Shown one piece after another: positions 1 to 13,980 of a stretch of DNA of 64,000 nt; within the stretch, counting starts at the first letter, position 1, and each line of letters begins with the position of its first letter. The stretch is from Octopus vulgaris. Lineage: Eukaryota. The stretch lies in assembly GCA_951406725.2 (NCBI GenBank), contig OX597833.1, positions 10,478,001 through 10,542,000 on the forward strand, given 5' to 3'. The notes beneath the pieces were generated by a model. That model had not been told where the DNA came from and searched no databases. It saw only the letters and a program-made list of their open reading frames with translations. The translations under genes and the position numbers were made by a program.

Positions 1-849
1 GGCAAGTTACAAGGCTGCACCAGGCTCCAGTGTGATCTGGCAGTGTTTCTACAGCTGGATGCCCTTCCTAATGCCAACCACTCCAAGAGTATAGTGGGTG
101 CTTTTTACATGCCTCTGGCATGGGGGCCAGTCGGGGGGCACTGGCAATGACCACGCTTGAATGGCGCTTTTTATGTGCCACCGTCACAGGACCAAGTCAG
201 ACAGCACTGGCATCGATCATGCTCAAATGGTATTTTTTATGTGCCACTGGCATGGGAGCCAGTCAGGCGGTGCTGGCATCAACCACATTCGGATGGTGCT
301 TTTTACATACCACTTTAACACGTGCCAGTCAGGTGGCACTGGCATTGGCCACACTTGAATGGTGCTTTTTATGTGCCACAGGCATGGGTGCCAGTCAGGC
401 GGTGCTGGCATCGGCCACAACTACGGTTTTATTCTACTCGACAGGTCTTCTGAAGCCCAGCATATTACCCTACGATTGAAGGGTACTTTTAAACAGGCCA
501 GCTATGTACCACTGACATCAGCCACAGCTATGATCTTACTTGGCTTGCCAGGTCTTCTCAAGCCCAGCATATCCCCAAAGGTCTCTTGTCATTGCTTCTG
601 TGTGACTCACTAATATCTTACATGTTTTAGTCAATAGAAGACCTGCCTGCCGCAGCAGAATTAAAACTGGTGTTGGTGCCACATTGAAAGCACCCAGTAC
701 ACTCTGTGGAGTGGTTGGCATTAGGAAGGGCATCCAACCATTGAAACCATACCTGGACAATGGAGCTTAGGGTGGCCCTTGGCCTTACCAGCTCCAGACA
801 AACATGCCAGCATGGAAAATGGATGTTAAATGATGATGATAATCTGAAG

Positions 850-1095
850 ACAGATAGATAGATAGATAGGTAGATAGATATGTAGGTATATAGGTAGATA
901 GATATGTAGGTAGGTAGGTAGATAGATAGGTAGGTAGGTAGATAGATAGGTAGGTAGGTAGATTGATAGATAGATAGGTAGGTAGGTAGGTTGATAGATA
1001 GATAGATAGATAGACAGACAGGTAGGTAGGTAGGTAGATAGATAGAGAGGTAGGTAGGTAGGTAGGTAGATAGATAGATAGACACAGACAGACAG
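850..1095 (+). repeat. (GATA)n/(GGTA)n compound microsatellite
   Basis: Direct reading. Confidence 0.95.
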
Positions 1096-1512
1096 ATATG
1101 GAAATTGATAGATAGGTGGATATGTGCACACGCACTGACACACGAAGGTTTTAGGTTCCTATGTAGTCATGAACCGACATTGACCCTTTCGCTACCCCCT
1201 CACCTTTTGACTTGGGGAAACATGAAAGATATGTGGTTTCAGGTTCAATCCCTCTATGTGACCCCATGGCCAAGTGTCTTCTACGATATCCCCTGGCCGA
1301 CCAATATCTTATCAATAGATATAGTTGACAGAAACTTCATGGAAACCCATAGTGTGTGTGTGTGTGTTTGTTTGTTTCCTGCCAATGCTTGCCAACTGAA
1401 TTTTTTTTTGTTTTTTACATTCACGTAACTTAGCAGTTCAGCAAATGGGATGACAGAATAAGTAGCTGGCTTAAGCTATAAATAACAGGGTTGATATGTC
1501 TGACTAAACCCT

Positions 1513-2120
1513 TTTACCCTTTAGCATGTAAACTGGCCATATCCTACCCAAATATTCTACTTGTTTTATGCTCAATCTATCCTGATCTGACCCCTTGCGT
1601 CTACCCTACAATGTCATTCTAGAATTATACAATTTCATCACCAAAACATGGAAGCTATGAGACAATGCATGATTAATTCAAAACAGTGTGAATAAATAAG
1701 CATTACATTTTACAGAGTTGTCATCATCATCATCATCGTTTAATGTCCGCTTTCCATGCTAGCACGGGTTGGACGGTTTGACCGGGGTCTGGGAAGCCAG
1801 GAGGCTGCACCAGGCTCCAGTCTGATCTGGCAGTGTTTCTACAGCTGGTTGCCCTTCCTAACGCCAACCACTCCATGAGTGTAGTGGGTGCTTTTTACGT
1901 GCCAGGGGAGTCTGACAACAGCCACAATCGGTTGGTGCTTTTTACGTGCCACCGGCACAGGTACCAGGGGAGGCTGGCAATGGCCACGATCGGTTGGTGC
2001 TTTTTACATGCCACCGACATAGAAGCCAGTCAAGGTGGCACTGGCATTGAGCACATACGGATGTTGCTTTTTATGTGCCACCGGCACAGGTGCCAGGGTA
2101 GGCTGAATGTTAAACGGTTA
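1513..2120. mobile_element. piggyBac-like MITE (another family) interrupted by an RTE 3' fragment
   Basis: ccctttagcat ... gaatgttaaacggtta; related interrupted copy at ~8955-9520. Confidence 0.55.
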
Positions 2121-3360
2121 TGGCAATGCCCCAGCATGGTCACAGTCCAATACCCGAAACGAGGGGCTGTGTGGTAAGTAGCTTGCTTACCAACCACATA
2201 GTTTTGGGTTCAGTCCCACTGCATGGAACCTTGGGCAGGTGTCTTCTACCATAGCCTCAGGCCAACCAATGCCTTGTGAGTGGATTTGGTAGACGGAAAC
2301 TGAAAGAAGCCCGTCGTATATATACATATATATGTATGTATATGTTTGTGTTTGTCCCCCCAACATTGCTTGACAACTGATGTTGGTGTGTTTATGTCCC
2401 CCTTCACATGGCAGTTCGGCAAGAGAGACCACACAGTGGGACTGAACCCAGAACCATGCGGTTGGGAAGCAAGCTTCTTACCCCACAGCTTTACAAACAT
2501 TTCAGGAATGAATTAAATTCATAAAATGATGTTCCACTGTATTGTTTTTTCAGTTTTTTTTTTTTTTTTAAATCTACAAGCTATTTGTGTCTGTTTCATT
2601 TGCTGAGCCACTAAGTCGTGGGGATGTAAACAAACCAACACCGACTGTCAAGCAGTGATGCAGGGACAAATACAAAAGCACACATACATACATACATATA
2701 TTCTCTTTTATCATTCTCTTTTACTTGTTTCAGTCATTTGACTGCGGCCATGCTGGAGCACCGCCTTTAGTCGAGCAAATCAATCCCGGGACTTATTCTT
2801 TGTAAGCCTAGTACTTATTCTATCAGTCCCTTTTGCCGAACTGCTAAGTTACGTGGATGTAAACACACCAGCATCGGTTGTCAAGCGATGTTGGGGGGAC
2901 AAACACAGATACACAAACACACACGCACACGCACACATATATATATATATACATATATACGACAGGCTTCTTTCAGTTTTCGTCTACCAAATCCACTCAC
3001 AAGGCATTGGTCGGCCCGGCGCTATAGCAGAAGACACTTGCTCAAGATGCCACGCAGTGGGACTGAACCCGGAACCATGTGGTTGGTTAGCAAGCTACTT
3101 ACCACACAGCCACTACATACAAAATTTAGAGGACTGACCACTAAAAGTAGACAGCCTATATACTAGATATAGATGTCAAAATCGCCATTTTCCACGAAGA
3201 ATGTGTTCTCAATAAAAATCTCAGCACTTTGTGGTCAGTCCTCTAAATTTTGTACGTAACACAATTTTTAATGTTCGAATTTTTTAAAATATGCTAGGCC
3301 ACTGGTTTTAATTAATTAATATCAATTTCTACCCTTATTTAATTTTACATATATTATATA

Positions 3361-3750
3361 GGCGCAGGAGTGGCTGTGTGGTAAGGAGCTTGCTAACCAA
3401 CCACATGGTTCCGGGTTCAGTCCCACTGCGTGGCATCTTGGGCAAGTGTCTTCTGCTATAACCCCGGCCCGACCAATGCCTTGTGAGTGGATTTGGTAGA
3501 CGGAAACTGAAAGAAGCCTGTCGTATATATGTATATATGTATGTGTATATATGTGTTTGTGTGTCTGTGTTTGTCCCCCTAGCATTGCTTGACAACCGAT
3601 GCTGGTGTGTTTACGTCCCCGTCACTTAGCAGTTCAGCAAAAGTGACTGATAGAATAAGTACTGGGCTTACAAAGAATAAGTCCCGGGGTCGATTTGCTC
3701 GACTAAAGGCGGTGCTCCAGCATGGCCGCAGTCAAATGACTGAACCAAGT
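3361..3750 (+). mobile_element. tRNA-derived SINE family A, full copy (head, (TA)n(TG)n spacer, tail)
   Basis: A box tggctgtgtgg, B box ggttcagtccc, CORE-like ttgggcaagt, tail gactgaaacaagtaaaag. More than 25 full or partial copies, e.g. + 9555, 14620, 20701, 23920, 32370, 49524, 63262; - 2718, 5158, 12170, 18520, 32995, 37900, 39273, 48100, 51765, 59500. Confidence 0.9.
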
Positions 3751-4059
3751 AAAAAAAAAAAAAATATATATACACACACACACATATATATATATGCATA
3801 TATATGTACACATACATATAGATGTGAGTGTATGATACACATACAGCACAGTATGTTTATTATAATCACCAACATTATAACCAAACTCAGGATATGAGAC
3901 TATAATCTTTTGCTTCATGACATCAGCTGGTTATTGTAATCTAATCCCAAAGCCTTAGCCCAAAAGTGATCACTATAAACAGCTTCAAGAAGCAACAGTC
4001 ATGTCTGTTCGTCCTAACCGAACAATTTCTGCGTATGTATATATGTCCTCTTAGCTTAG

Positions 4060-4257
4060 TTATTCTTCTTTGAATTTATATTTGTAGTTATCAAAGGCTT
4101 TCCATCGGTGGCCATCCCCATCTTCTCTCTCCTCCTTGACTCTGTCAGATGTATTTAGGACTGCATTATCTAATTTGTCTCCTGGTCTTAAAGCAACAGG
4201 GTGTGGTTGAAGGGAGCTTTGGATGTCTACATCATCCACAGCAGTGGCTGCGTGATA
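4060..4257 (-). CDS. Possible terminal coding exon of an unidentified minus-strand gene
   Basis: Non-repetitive 66-codon open frame after a tatag acceptor: [65 protein letters not shown]. No family recognised. Confidence 0.25.
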   Translation of the reverse strand, partial: YHAATAVDDVDIQSSLQPHPVALRPGDKLDNAVLNTSDRVKEEREDGDGHRWKAFDNYKYKFKEE

Positions 4258-4292
4258 CTATATAGGTCACAGAGAGTATATAGCACAACTTG

Positions 4293-4336
4293 GTGTGTGT
4301 ATGTGTGTTGTGTGTGTGTGTGTATATATATGAATG

Positions 4337-4397
<61 letters not shown>

Positions 4398-4870
4398 GTA
4401 TGTATATATATGTATGTGTATATATGTATGTATGTATATATATATATATATGTATATGTATGTATATATATATATATATATGTATGTATATGTATGTATA
4501 TATATATATGTATGTATATGTATGTATATATATGTATATGTATGTATATATATGTATATGTATGTATATGTATGTATATATATGTATATATTTATATATG
4601 TATATGTATATATTTATATATGTATATGTATATATTTATATATGTATATGTATATATTTATATATGTATATGTATGTATATATTTATATATGTATATGTA
4701 TGTATATATTTATATATGTATATGTATGTATATATTTATACATGTATATGTATGTATATATTTATACATGTATATGTATGTATATATTTATACATGTATA
4801 TGTATGTATATATAAATATGTATATATGTGTATATAGATATATATGTGTGTGTGTGTATATATATATAAT
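4293..4870 (+). repeat. (TA/TG)n compound microsatellite
   Basis: Direct reading; similar blocks at 19700-20185, 39040-39272, 40245-40572 and 40848-41472. Confidence 0.95.
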
Positions 4871-5594
4871 AGTATACTTTTTGTATCAGTCATTGAACTG
4901 TTGAGGCCATGCTGGAGCACTATCCTTGAAGGATTTTAGTTGAACAAATCAACCACCGCACTTTTTTTTTCTTTTTAAAGTTTGGTATTTATTCTGTCGG
5001 CCTGTTTGGCTGAACCACTAAATTACAAGGATGTAAACAAACCAGCAGGGGTTATCAAGCAGTGGTGGAGCACAAAAACTCACACACACACTTTCCAACC
5101 CATATAAGCATGGAAAGTAGACATTAAAGGATGATGAAGAATGATGATATATATATACTCTTTTACTCTTTTCAGTCATTTGACTGCGGCCATGCTGGAG
5201 CACCGCCTTTAATCGAGGAACTCGACCCCGGGACTTATTCTTTGTAAGCCCAGTACTTATTCTATCGGTCTCTTTTGCCGAACCGCTAAGTAATGGGGAC
5301 GTAAACACACCAGCATCGGTTGTCAAGCAATGCTAGGGGACAAACACAGACACACAAACACACACACGCATATATATATATATACATATATACGACGGGC
5401 TTCTTTCAGTTTCCGTCTACCAAATCCACTCACAAGGCTTTGGTCGGCCCGAGGCTATAGTAGAAGACACTTGCCTAAGGTGCCACGCAGTGGGACTGAA
5501 CCTGGAACCATGTGGTTGGTAAACAAGCTACTTACCACACAGCCACTCCTGCGCCTATATATATATATATATAACAGGTTGTTTTGCCACATAC

Positions 5595-5811
5595 CGAAAG
5601 AATTAGAAATAGCAGTCAGAGACTGTTTATTTCCATTTTCTACAAGTGGAAAATGCTGGTGCGGCTTATTCCAACTACATCCAACTTCGATTGGAAAATG
5701 CTCTGCTTTCCAGCCTGCATCTTCACATTCCTCAAGGAGGTTTACATATTTCTCACTAAGGGTCCACTTGATCCTTGGGAGTCCTTTTAAGATGTCACCG
5801 TTGAAATTTAT
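5595..5811 (-). mobile_element. Fragment of an RLE non-LTR retrotransposon C-terminus (HERO/NeSL-like), bounded by splice-like sites
   Basis: Open frame contains EKYVNLLEECEDAGWKAEHFPIEVGC, matching the RLE motif K.KY..L...C...GW.....PIEVGC. Confidence 0.55.
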
Positions 5812-6309
5812 CTGGAATAGAATTTGCTACACTTCCAAAATACACAAAACATTTATTTCAACAGTTTTTCCACACAAACCTAATAATATTCAGCCCGTAA
5901 AAAGCACCCACTACACTCTCGGAGTGGTTGGCGTTAGGAAGGACATCCAGCTGTAGAAACTCTGCCAGATCAAGATTGGAGCCTCGTGCGGCCGTCTGGT
6001 TTGCCAGCCCTCAGTCAAAATCATCCAACCCATGCTAGCATGGAAGGCAGACGTTAAACAATGATGATGATGATGAAAACATAACAGGATTTTTTAGACA
6101 TAGGAGTTTTTCACTACTCACTGCTCTCTTGTACTCTCGCACTCTCTCTCTCTCCTTTTCCTGCTCTTCCCTCAGGCAGGGTAACCATCAACCTCCTTTA
6201 TGGCAGCACACCTGTTTCTGTTCTCATTCCTGATCTCTCTTTCTCTCCCTCCGGCCGTGTAACCATGTCCCTCCTTTACAGCAAGACACCCGTTTCTGTC
6301 TCCCTATAG

Positions 6310-6910
6310 CCTATTTCCTTACTACCCACAAGGGGCTAAACACAGAGAGGACAAACAAGGACAGACAAAGGGATTGAGTCGATTATATCGACCCCAGTGC
6401 GTAACTGGTACTTAATTTACTGACCCCAAAAGGATGAAAGGCAAAGGCCACCTCAGCGGAATTTGAACTCAGAACATAATGGCAGACGAAATACCTATTT
6501 TCTTTACTACCCTCAAGGGACTAAATACAGAGAGGACAAACAAGGACAAATGGATTAAGTCGATTACATTGACCCTAGTGCATAACCGGTACTTAATTTA
6601 CTGCCCCTGAAAGGATGAAAGGCAAAGTCGACCTCGGCGGAATTTGAACTCAGAACATAATGGCAGACAAAATACCTATTTTCTTTATTACCCACAAGGG
6701 GCTAAACACAGAGAGGACAAACAAGGACAGACAAACGGATTAAGTCGATTATATCGACCCCAGTGCGTAACTGGTACTTATTTAATCGACCCCGAAAGGA
6801 TGAAAGGCAAAGTCGACCTCGGTGGAATTTAAACTCAGAACATAACAGCAGACGAAATCCCACTAAGCATTTCGCCCAGCGTGCTAACGTTTCTGCCAGC
6901 TCGCCGTCTT
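6310..6910 (-). mobile_element. SINE family B (tRNA head + Meta-like core), tandem ~180-bp monomers
   Basis: Repeated gactttgcctttcatcctttcggggtcgataaattaagtacc core on the minus strand. Confidence 0.85.
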
Positions 6911-7379
6911 TTAAATCTCTCTATAACCTTTGATCATCTGACACAAGACCACCCCCTCCAATTCTCCCCACTCCTCTCAAAGGTCCTTTGTCTTGCCAGT
7001 TACTTGGTGACCCTGCCAGTGCAGGTGCCACTTAAAAAGCTACCAGTCCACATTGTAAAGTGGTTGGTGTTTTTGGAAGGGCATCCAGCTGTAAAAACCT
7101 TGCCAGAACAGACACAGAAGTCTGGTGCCGTCTTCTACCTGGCCGGCTCTGGTCCAACCATCCAACCCATGCCAGCATTATCATCATCGTTAAGCGACGA
7201 CGATGATGATAATGACTAGTTATAAAGGCCCACCTGAGTAAAATTGGAATCCAAGGGACCCATAGGTAAAAAATGGTCACGAACCACTGGTTTAGACAGG
7301 CATAGTCTATCTTGGACTATGTTATCCAATGTACACCTCTATTGTTATTACGTTGTGTTTTCCATTCTTTATTTTTGTT

Positions 7380-7715
7380 AAGGCGCATGGCTCAGTGGCT
7401 AGAGCGTCGAGCTTACGATCGTGAGGTGGTGAGCTCGAATCCCGGACCAGGCTGCGTGTTGTGTTCTTGAGCAAGACACTTTATTTCACGTTGCTCCAGT
7501 TCACTCAGGTGTAGAAATGAGTTGCGACGTCATGGGTGCCAAGCTGTATCGGCCCCTTTGCCTTTCCCTTGGATAACACTGGTGGCGTGGAGAGGGGAGG
7601 CCGGTATGCATGGGCGACTGCTGGTCTTCCATAAACCACCTTGCTCGGACTTGCGCCTCGGAGGGTAACTTTCTAGGTGCAATCCCATGGTCAGTGTCGT
7701 GACCGAAGGGGGTCC
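7380..7715 (+). mobile_element. tRNA-derived SINE family D
   Basis: Head ggcgcatggctcagtgg...gctcgaatccc; core gtgttcttgagcaagacac; reverse copies at 22272-22610 and 34740-35225. Confidence 0.8.
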
Positions 7716-7990
7716 TGACTTTTGTTAAGAAATTATTAAAATAAACTATTTTTCATAACACCAACAATCGCGCAATTGTATCTGTTATATAGTTCCAGGG
7801 AAATAGGATCAAGTAACGATGATGACGCTAACGATAATGACCTTATCTTAAATATATTAAGTGCAGGCATTTGTTGCTTCTGTGATAATGTTAGTAACTA
7901 GGTTAGATGGCTTAGCTTTGTTAAACTGTACTAGAAGTTTTGTTAGTATTTCGTGTGTAATATAGATATACAGATGTATGTATATATATT

Positions 7991-8035
<45 letters not shown>

Positions 8036-8160
8036 TCACACAGATATGTATACATACACTAATACATCTATTTTCACACACATACATAAACACAAATATA
8101 CATATGTGTGTATGTGCATGTATATATATATATATTTTCTCTCTTGTTTTTTTCTGTGTA

Positions 8161-8198
8161 TCTTTCTGTCGAAGAGCGTAGGCTCGAAACGTAAAAGA
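8161..8198 (+). ncRNA. Minimal type-I hammerhead-like ribozyme motif in a short element (~8135-8290) inside (TA)n
   Basis: tcttt-CTGTCGA-a-gagc(gtag)gctc-GAAA-cg-TA-aaaga: stems I and II pair; core has an A6>U variant. Confidence 0.6.
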
Positions 8199-8283
8199 CT
8201 TTTTCTATTCCTGAGCGCTATACTAATACATTTGTTTGTACTCCACCTGCCTTCGTCTTTTGTTTATTTTCGTAAACTTTCCC

Positions 8284-8336
<53 letters not shown>

Positions 8337-8406
8337 GATATATATATACATACACTAATACATATATTTTCACACACATACGTAAACACAAATATACATG
8401 AGTGTT

Positions 8407-8454
<48 letters not shown>

Positions 8455-8484
8455 TACATACACGCCTTTACTTTCAGTCATTTG

Positions 8485-8531
<47 letters not shown>

Positions 8532-8578
8532 ATATACACACACACACATACATACACGCCTTTACTTTCAGTCATTTG

Positions 8579-8609
<31 letters not shown>

Positions 8610-10478
8610 TAGGCATCAATTTATTTGAGTAAATCTATCAAGGTGGTGCTCCAGCATGGCCACAGTCCAGTGACTGAATCAAACAATAGCAAAAAAAATA
8701 CCAGCATGTAATGTATTTTCATTTGTTCTTTGATGTTTTTTAATCCTCTGTAGTAATTATTATTAATTTCAGTGGACATAAAAAGGTTTTGTAATTAATT
8801 AAGAAAATCCACATTAGGTTAGGTTTTCTCAATGAAATGCATAGTAGGGCCCAGGATGGCATGAAAAACTCCTGGGGTTCTACTTTTAAAGAATACCATA
8901 AAAATTTATTTTATTTTTAAAAAAAAAATTGAAAATTAGGAATAATTTCTGGTTGACCCTTTACCATTTAAAGCAAAGTTCAAACTGGCCAGGTCTAGCC
9001 TCTCACACCTACCTTACAATCATCATCATCGTTTAGCGTCCGCTTTGCATGCTAGCATGGGTTGGACGGTTCGACTGGGGTCTGGGAAGCCAGAAGGCTG
9101 CACCAGGCCCAGTCTGATCTGGCAATGTTTCTACGGCTGGATGCCCTTCCTAATGCCAACCACTCCGTGAGCGTAGTGGATGCTTTTTACGTGCTACCGG
9201 CACAGGTGCCAGGCGAGGCTGGCAAACGGCCACCAATGGATGGTGCTTTTTATGTGCCACCGGCATGGGGGCCAGGGGAGGCTGGCAAATGGCCACGAAT
9301 GGATGGTGCTTTTTATGTGCCACCGGCACGGGGGCCAGGCGAGGCTGGCATGAGGCCAGTCGGGGCAGCGCTGGCAACGGCCACGTTCGGATGGTCATTC
9401 TAAAAATAGACAGCAACATCCTTGAAATCTCACAGCAATGAGACAATACATGATTAATTAAAAACTGAGTGAATAAACAAGCTTTAGATTTTGGGGAGTA
9501 ACTTCAATGCGAAATGGTTAATGGCCAGCCACTGCTTCATAACCTTCTGACATAGCGTAGGAGTGGTTGTGTGGTAAGTAGCTTGTTTACCCAACCACAT
9601 AGTTCCGGGTTCAGTCCCACTGCATGTCACCTTAGGCAAGTGTCTTCTACTATAGCCTTTGGCCGACCAAAGCCTTGTGAGTGGATTTGGTAGACGGAAA
9701 CTGAAAGAAGCCCGTCGTATACATGTATATATATATATATACATATGTATGTGTGTTTGTGTGTCTGTGTTTGTCCCCCTAGCATTGCTTGACAACCGAT
9801 GCTGGTGTGTTTACGTCCCCATTACTTAGCGGTTTGGCAAAAGAGAGCGATAGAATAAGTACTGGGCTTACAAAAGAATAAGTCCCGGGGTCGAGTTGCT
9901 CGATTAAAGGCGGTGCTCCAGCATGACCGCAGTCAAATGACTGAAACAAGTAAAAGAGTATAGCACTTGGCTTTGGTTTCTAGTATTGGACTGTTGCCAT
10001 GCTGGAGCACTGCCTTCAAGGATTTTAATTAACTGTTTAGCATTCACATTGTTCTGTCAAAAGCAAGGCGGTAAGATGGTAGAATCCTCAGCACGCTGGA
10101 TGAAATGCTTAGCAGTATTTTGCCCGTCACTACTTAGTGGCATTTTGTCAGTTTTTACGTTCTGAGTTCAAATTCAACCGAGGTCGACTTTCATCCCTTC
10201 GGGGTCGATAAAATAGGCTCCAATTGAGCACTGGGGTCAATGTAGTCGATTTGTCCCCTTCTCCGAAATCACTGACCTTTTACCAAAATTTGAAAGAATT
10301 ATCAACCTTAGCAGTATTTCATCTGCCGTTAAATTCTGAGTTCAAATTCTGCCAAGGTCGACTTTGCCTTTCGTCCCTTCGGGGTCGATAAATCAAGTAC
10401 CTGTTGCATGCTGTGGTCAATCTAATCAACTGGCCCCCTCCCCAAAAATTTCAGGCCTTGTGCCTAGAGTAGGAAAAA

Positions 10479-10514
<36 letters not shown>

Positions 10515-10912
10515 AACAGACTTCCACAGTTTCCATCTACCAAATTCATTCACCAGAAATTACTTGCCCTAGGCCCAATGGCTAGAAAATACTTGCACAA
10601 GGTTCCATGCAGTGGGACTGAACCTGGAACCATGTGGTCACAGATTGAGTTTCTTAACCACATGACCATGACTGCAACTCTTTTTTTTTTTTGTTTTTTT
10701 TTTGTTTATTCTTTAACTCTTTAACTTGTTTCAGTCATTAGACTCTGGCCATGCTGGGGCACCACCTGAAGAATTTTTAGTCAAAACAATCGATCCCAAT
10801 ATTTTTTTATTTTTTTATTCTGGTACTTATTCCATCAGGTCGCTTTTGCTGAACCGCTAAGTTATGGGGGACGTAAACACATAACACTGGTTGTCATGGT
10901 GATGGGGTACAA

Positions 10913-10953
<41 letters not shown>

Positions 10954-11481
10954 CATATACACGATGGGCTTCTTTCAGTTTCCGTCTACCAAATCCACTG
11001 ACAAGGGTCTGGTCGGCCCGTGACTATAATAGAAGACATTTGCCCAAGATGCCACGCATTGTGACTGAACCCGGAACCATGAAGTTGGCAAGCAAGCTTC
11101 TTACTCCACCGCCACTCCTGTGCTTGTTTAACGATCATTTTGTGGAGGTTTTCAAAAGTTGAGATCACGATTTCGTTGATGAAATTTGGAATAATTAAAA
11201 CTTTTGCTTTCCACAGATTTCCCTAAATTTAAAAAACATTGCAAAATCTACATACTTGGAAATTTGTTTCTGTAAATTCTCTCTTTTCCTTGTTTCAGTC
11301 ATTTGACTGCGGCCATGCTGGAGCACCGCCTTTAGTCGAGCAAATCGACTCCGGGACTTATTCTTTATAAGCCCAGTACTTATTCTATCGGTCTCTTTTG
11401 CCGAACCGCTAAGTTACGGGGACATGAACACACCAGCATCGGTTGTCAAGCAATGCTAGGAGGACAAACACAGACACACAA

Positions 11482-11528
<47 letters not shown>

Positions 11529-11780
11529 AAATAAGAAAATGGAGAAATACATCCAAATCAAATATATCAATTACCAGATAATACCCAATCACATACTTTA
11601 TTAAACCACCACATAAGAAACTTTAAGATCAAACTAGCAGTATACTGGATATATGTTATCCCATGGAGGGTTGCATTTACAACCCCTATCTCAATTTGTA
11701 TATATATATGTATGACCTCGTGAAGACTACCTGCAGTTTTTTTTTCCTCTGTCCTCCCGTCTCGGGATCTTTCTTTTTCC

Positions 11781-11817
11781 TATGTTTCCGACGAAGAGCT
11801 CCGCTCGAAACGTCATA
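11781..11817 (+). ncRNA. Degenerate minimal hammerhead motif (same family as 23417)
   Basis: tatgttt-CCGACGA-a-gagc(tcc)gctc-GAAA-cg-TC-ata; core U4>C and stem I is imperfect. Confidence 0.45.
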
Positions 11818-12040
11818 AGCTCTCCTTCTTCCATTTTCCTGAGCGCCTAATAATAATAATACTGTAATTGTTCCACGTGTTGTTGTTTTTTCTGTTTTCC
11901 CGTTTGGATTAACCTTATATATATATATATATATATATGTATTAGCCAGCAGGTTTTTGGGATCTGACGGTACGCCATAAAGTAAACCCTTTATCGATGG
12001 GAAACCTAAGGTAATCCCATAAACTGGCCTTGCCCTTCTT

Positions 12041-12855
12041 GGATCTTTTCGGTTTGAACGGCAATTTTTCTAGCAGGGTCATATGAAATTGTCACCCATA
12101 TTTATGACCCTGGTATCGATCTATTGCATTTCAATCTGTTTTAGGGTTAGGGGTGGGGGAAGGGTATACTCTTTACTCTTTTACTTGTTTCAGTCATTTT
12201 GACTGCGGCCATGCTGGAGCACCGCCTTTAGTCGAGCAACTCGACCCCAGGACTTATTCTTTGTAAGCCCAGTACTTATTCTATCGGTCTCTTTTGCCGA
12301 ACCGCTAAGTAACGGGGACATAAACACACCAGCATCGGTTGTCAAGCAATGCTAGGGGACAAACACAGACACACAAACATACACACACATATATATATAT
12401 ATATATATACGACAGGCTTCTTTCAGTTTCCGTTTACCAAATCCACTCACAAGGCATTGGTCGGCCCGGGGCTATAGTAGAAGATACTTGCCCAAGATGC
12501 CACGCAGTGGGACTGAACCCTGAACCATGTGGTTGGTTAGCAAGCTACTTACCACACAGCCACTCTTGCTTTTTTTTTTCTTCATAAATGTAAATAAACC
12601 CAATCTGTTTCTTAAACGAGGGACATATTCATACGGCACAGAATGTTTTGTTTTTTTACCTCAATAGGCATCAGTGATTGGTTGAAATTGCAGAAATTGA
12701 AGAAAAACAACAAATATCTTACAAACTATAGAATTTTCTCAATAAAGCCTAGAGAAAATGATGTTTTATAAACACATTCTTCCAGTACGAAGTTTAAAAG
12801 TGTTTAGTTACGTGGAAATTATTTAAAAAAACTGCCGTTCAAACCGAAAAGATCC
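12041..12855. mobile_element. MITE with GGATCTTTTC TIRs (Merlin-like), interrupted by SINE A
   Basis: ggatcttttcggtttgaacggca ... tgccgttcaaaccgaaaagatcc. Confidence 0.75.
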
Positions 12856-13166
12856 TATATGCATGGATGGATGGATGTATGCATGCATGTATTCTCTTTC
12901 TATAACGATATTCGTTCATTCAGTATCTTTAAAATAAGTGTGGCACGAGTTCGTTCGTTCGTAAAATATATTTAAAGCTGATGGAGGGAATCTCAGCGAA
13001 TAGCAGTTTCCTTGGTTTGATGTGGTGGTTGCTTTGATAACAAGCGCGGAGGAGAATAACAACATGTGGGCCCAACACAAACCAGACTTCCTGCTGGTTT
13101 GCTACATGCAGAAAGGGGGTCTACCTCGTGGGTTTTCTATGACGAAGAGAATTCCCCACGGTGCAG

Positions 13167-13920
13167 ACAATTTCTAGTTAACTAAACACTTTAAAACTTC
13201 GTATACTGGTAGAATGTGTCAATAAAACATTTTTTTCTGTTGGCTTTCTTGAGAAAATTGTAATTTGTTTGTTTAACGTAGTTTAATTTTTCGAATTTTA
13301 ACCAATCCTATGCTCTCTTTTGAGCTAAAATCATTTGCTGCGTCTAAAACTGAGACAACATCCTGTAACTAACCCTAACCCTCCTAATTTTTTTTTCTTA
13401 ATTGTTAAATTAATTTAATTGTTACGCGTGTAAAAAAAAAAAACTAAAGCAATGTAGTTTTTTTTACATGTGTAACAATTAAATCAATTTAACAATTAAG
13501 AAAAAAAAAATTAGGGTTAGGGAGGGTTAGGGTTAGTTACAGGATGTTGTCTCAGTTGTTGACGCAGCAAATGATTTTAGTTGAATGGAGGTAATCGATT
13601 GGTTAAAATTGCTGAAATGCTTGGATTTTCAGACGAAATATCTTACAAACTATAGAATTTTCTCAATAAAACCAAGAGAAAATGATGTTTTATAAACACA
13701 TTCTACAAGTATACGAAGTTTAAAAGTGTTTAGTTAACTTGGTTAAAATTGCCGAAATGCTCTGATTTTCAGACGAAATATCTTACAAACTATAGAATTT
13801 TCTCAATAAAACCAAGAGAAAATGATGTTTTATAAACACATTCTACCAGTATACAAAGTTTAAAAGTGTTTAGTTTACTAGAAATTGTGTTGACATCTGC
13901 CGTTCAAAAGGAAAAGATCC
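13167..13920. mobile_element. Foldback MITE of the same family, with internal TAACCC/TTAGGG motifs
   Basis: Long palindrome centred near 13450; right end gaaaagatcc; internal duplication at ~13600-13870. Confidence 0.72.
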
Positions 13921-13980
13921 GCTGTATGTACGATGATAATATTGCTTATGACTGTGTGTAAGAATACATATGCTGTTAAC

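Noticed and set aside
4201-4904. Long Y/I/C/M/V-rich ORFs (also 19700-20310, 38889-39411, 40232-41696)
   Set aside because: Translations of (TA/TG)n microsatellites.
5330-5556. Recurrent peptide [40 protein letters not shown]
   Set aside because: Antisense translation of SINE A, not a gene family.
7381-7450. tRNA gene
   Set aside because: tRNA-like A/B boxes continue into a SINE body with several copies; no full cloverleaf.
13063-13180. Short ATG-initiated ORF MWAQHKPDFLL...
   Set aside because: 37 codons, no recognisable homology, and it ends inside a MITE.
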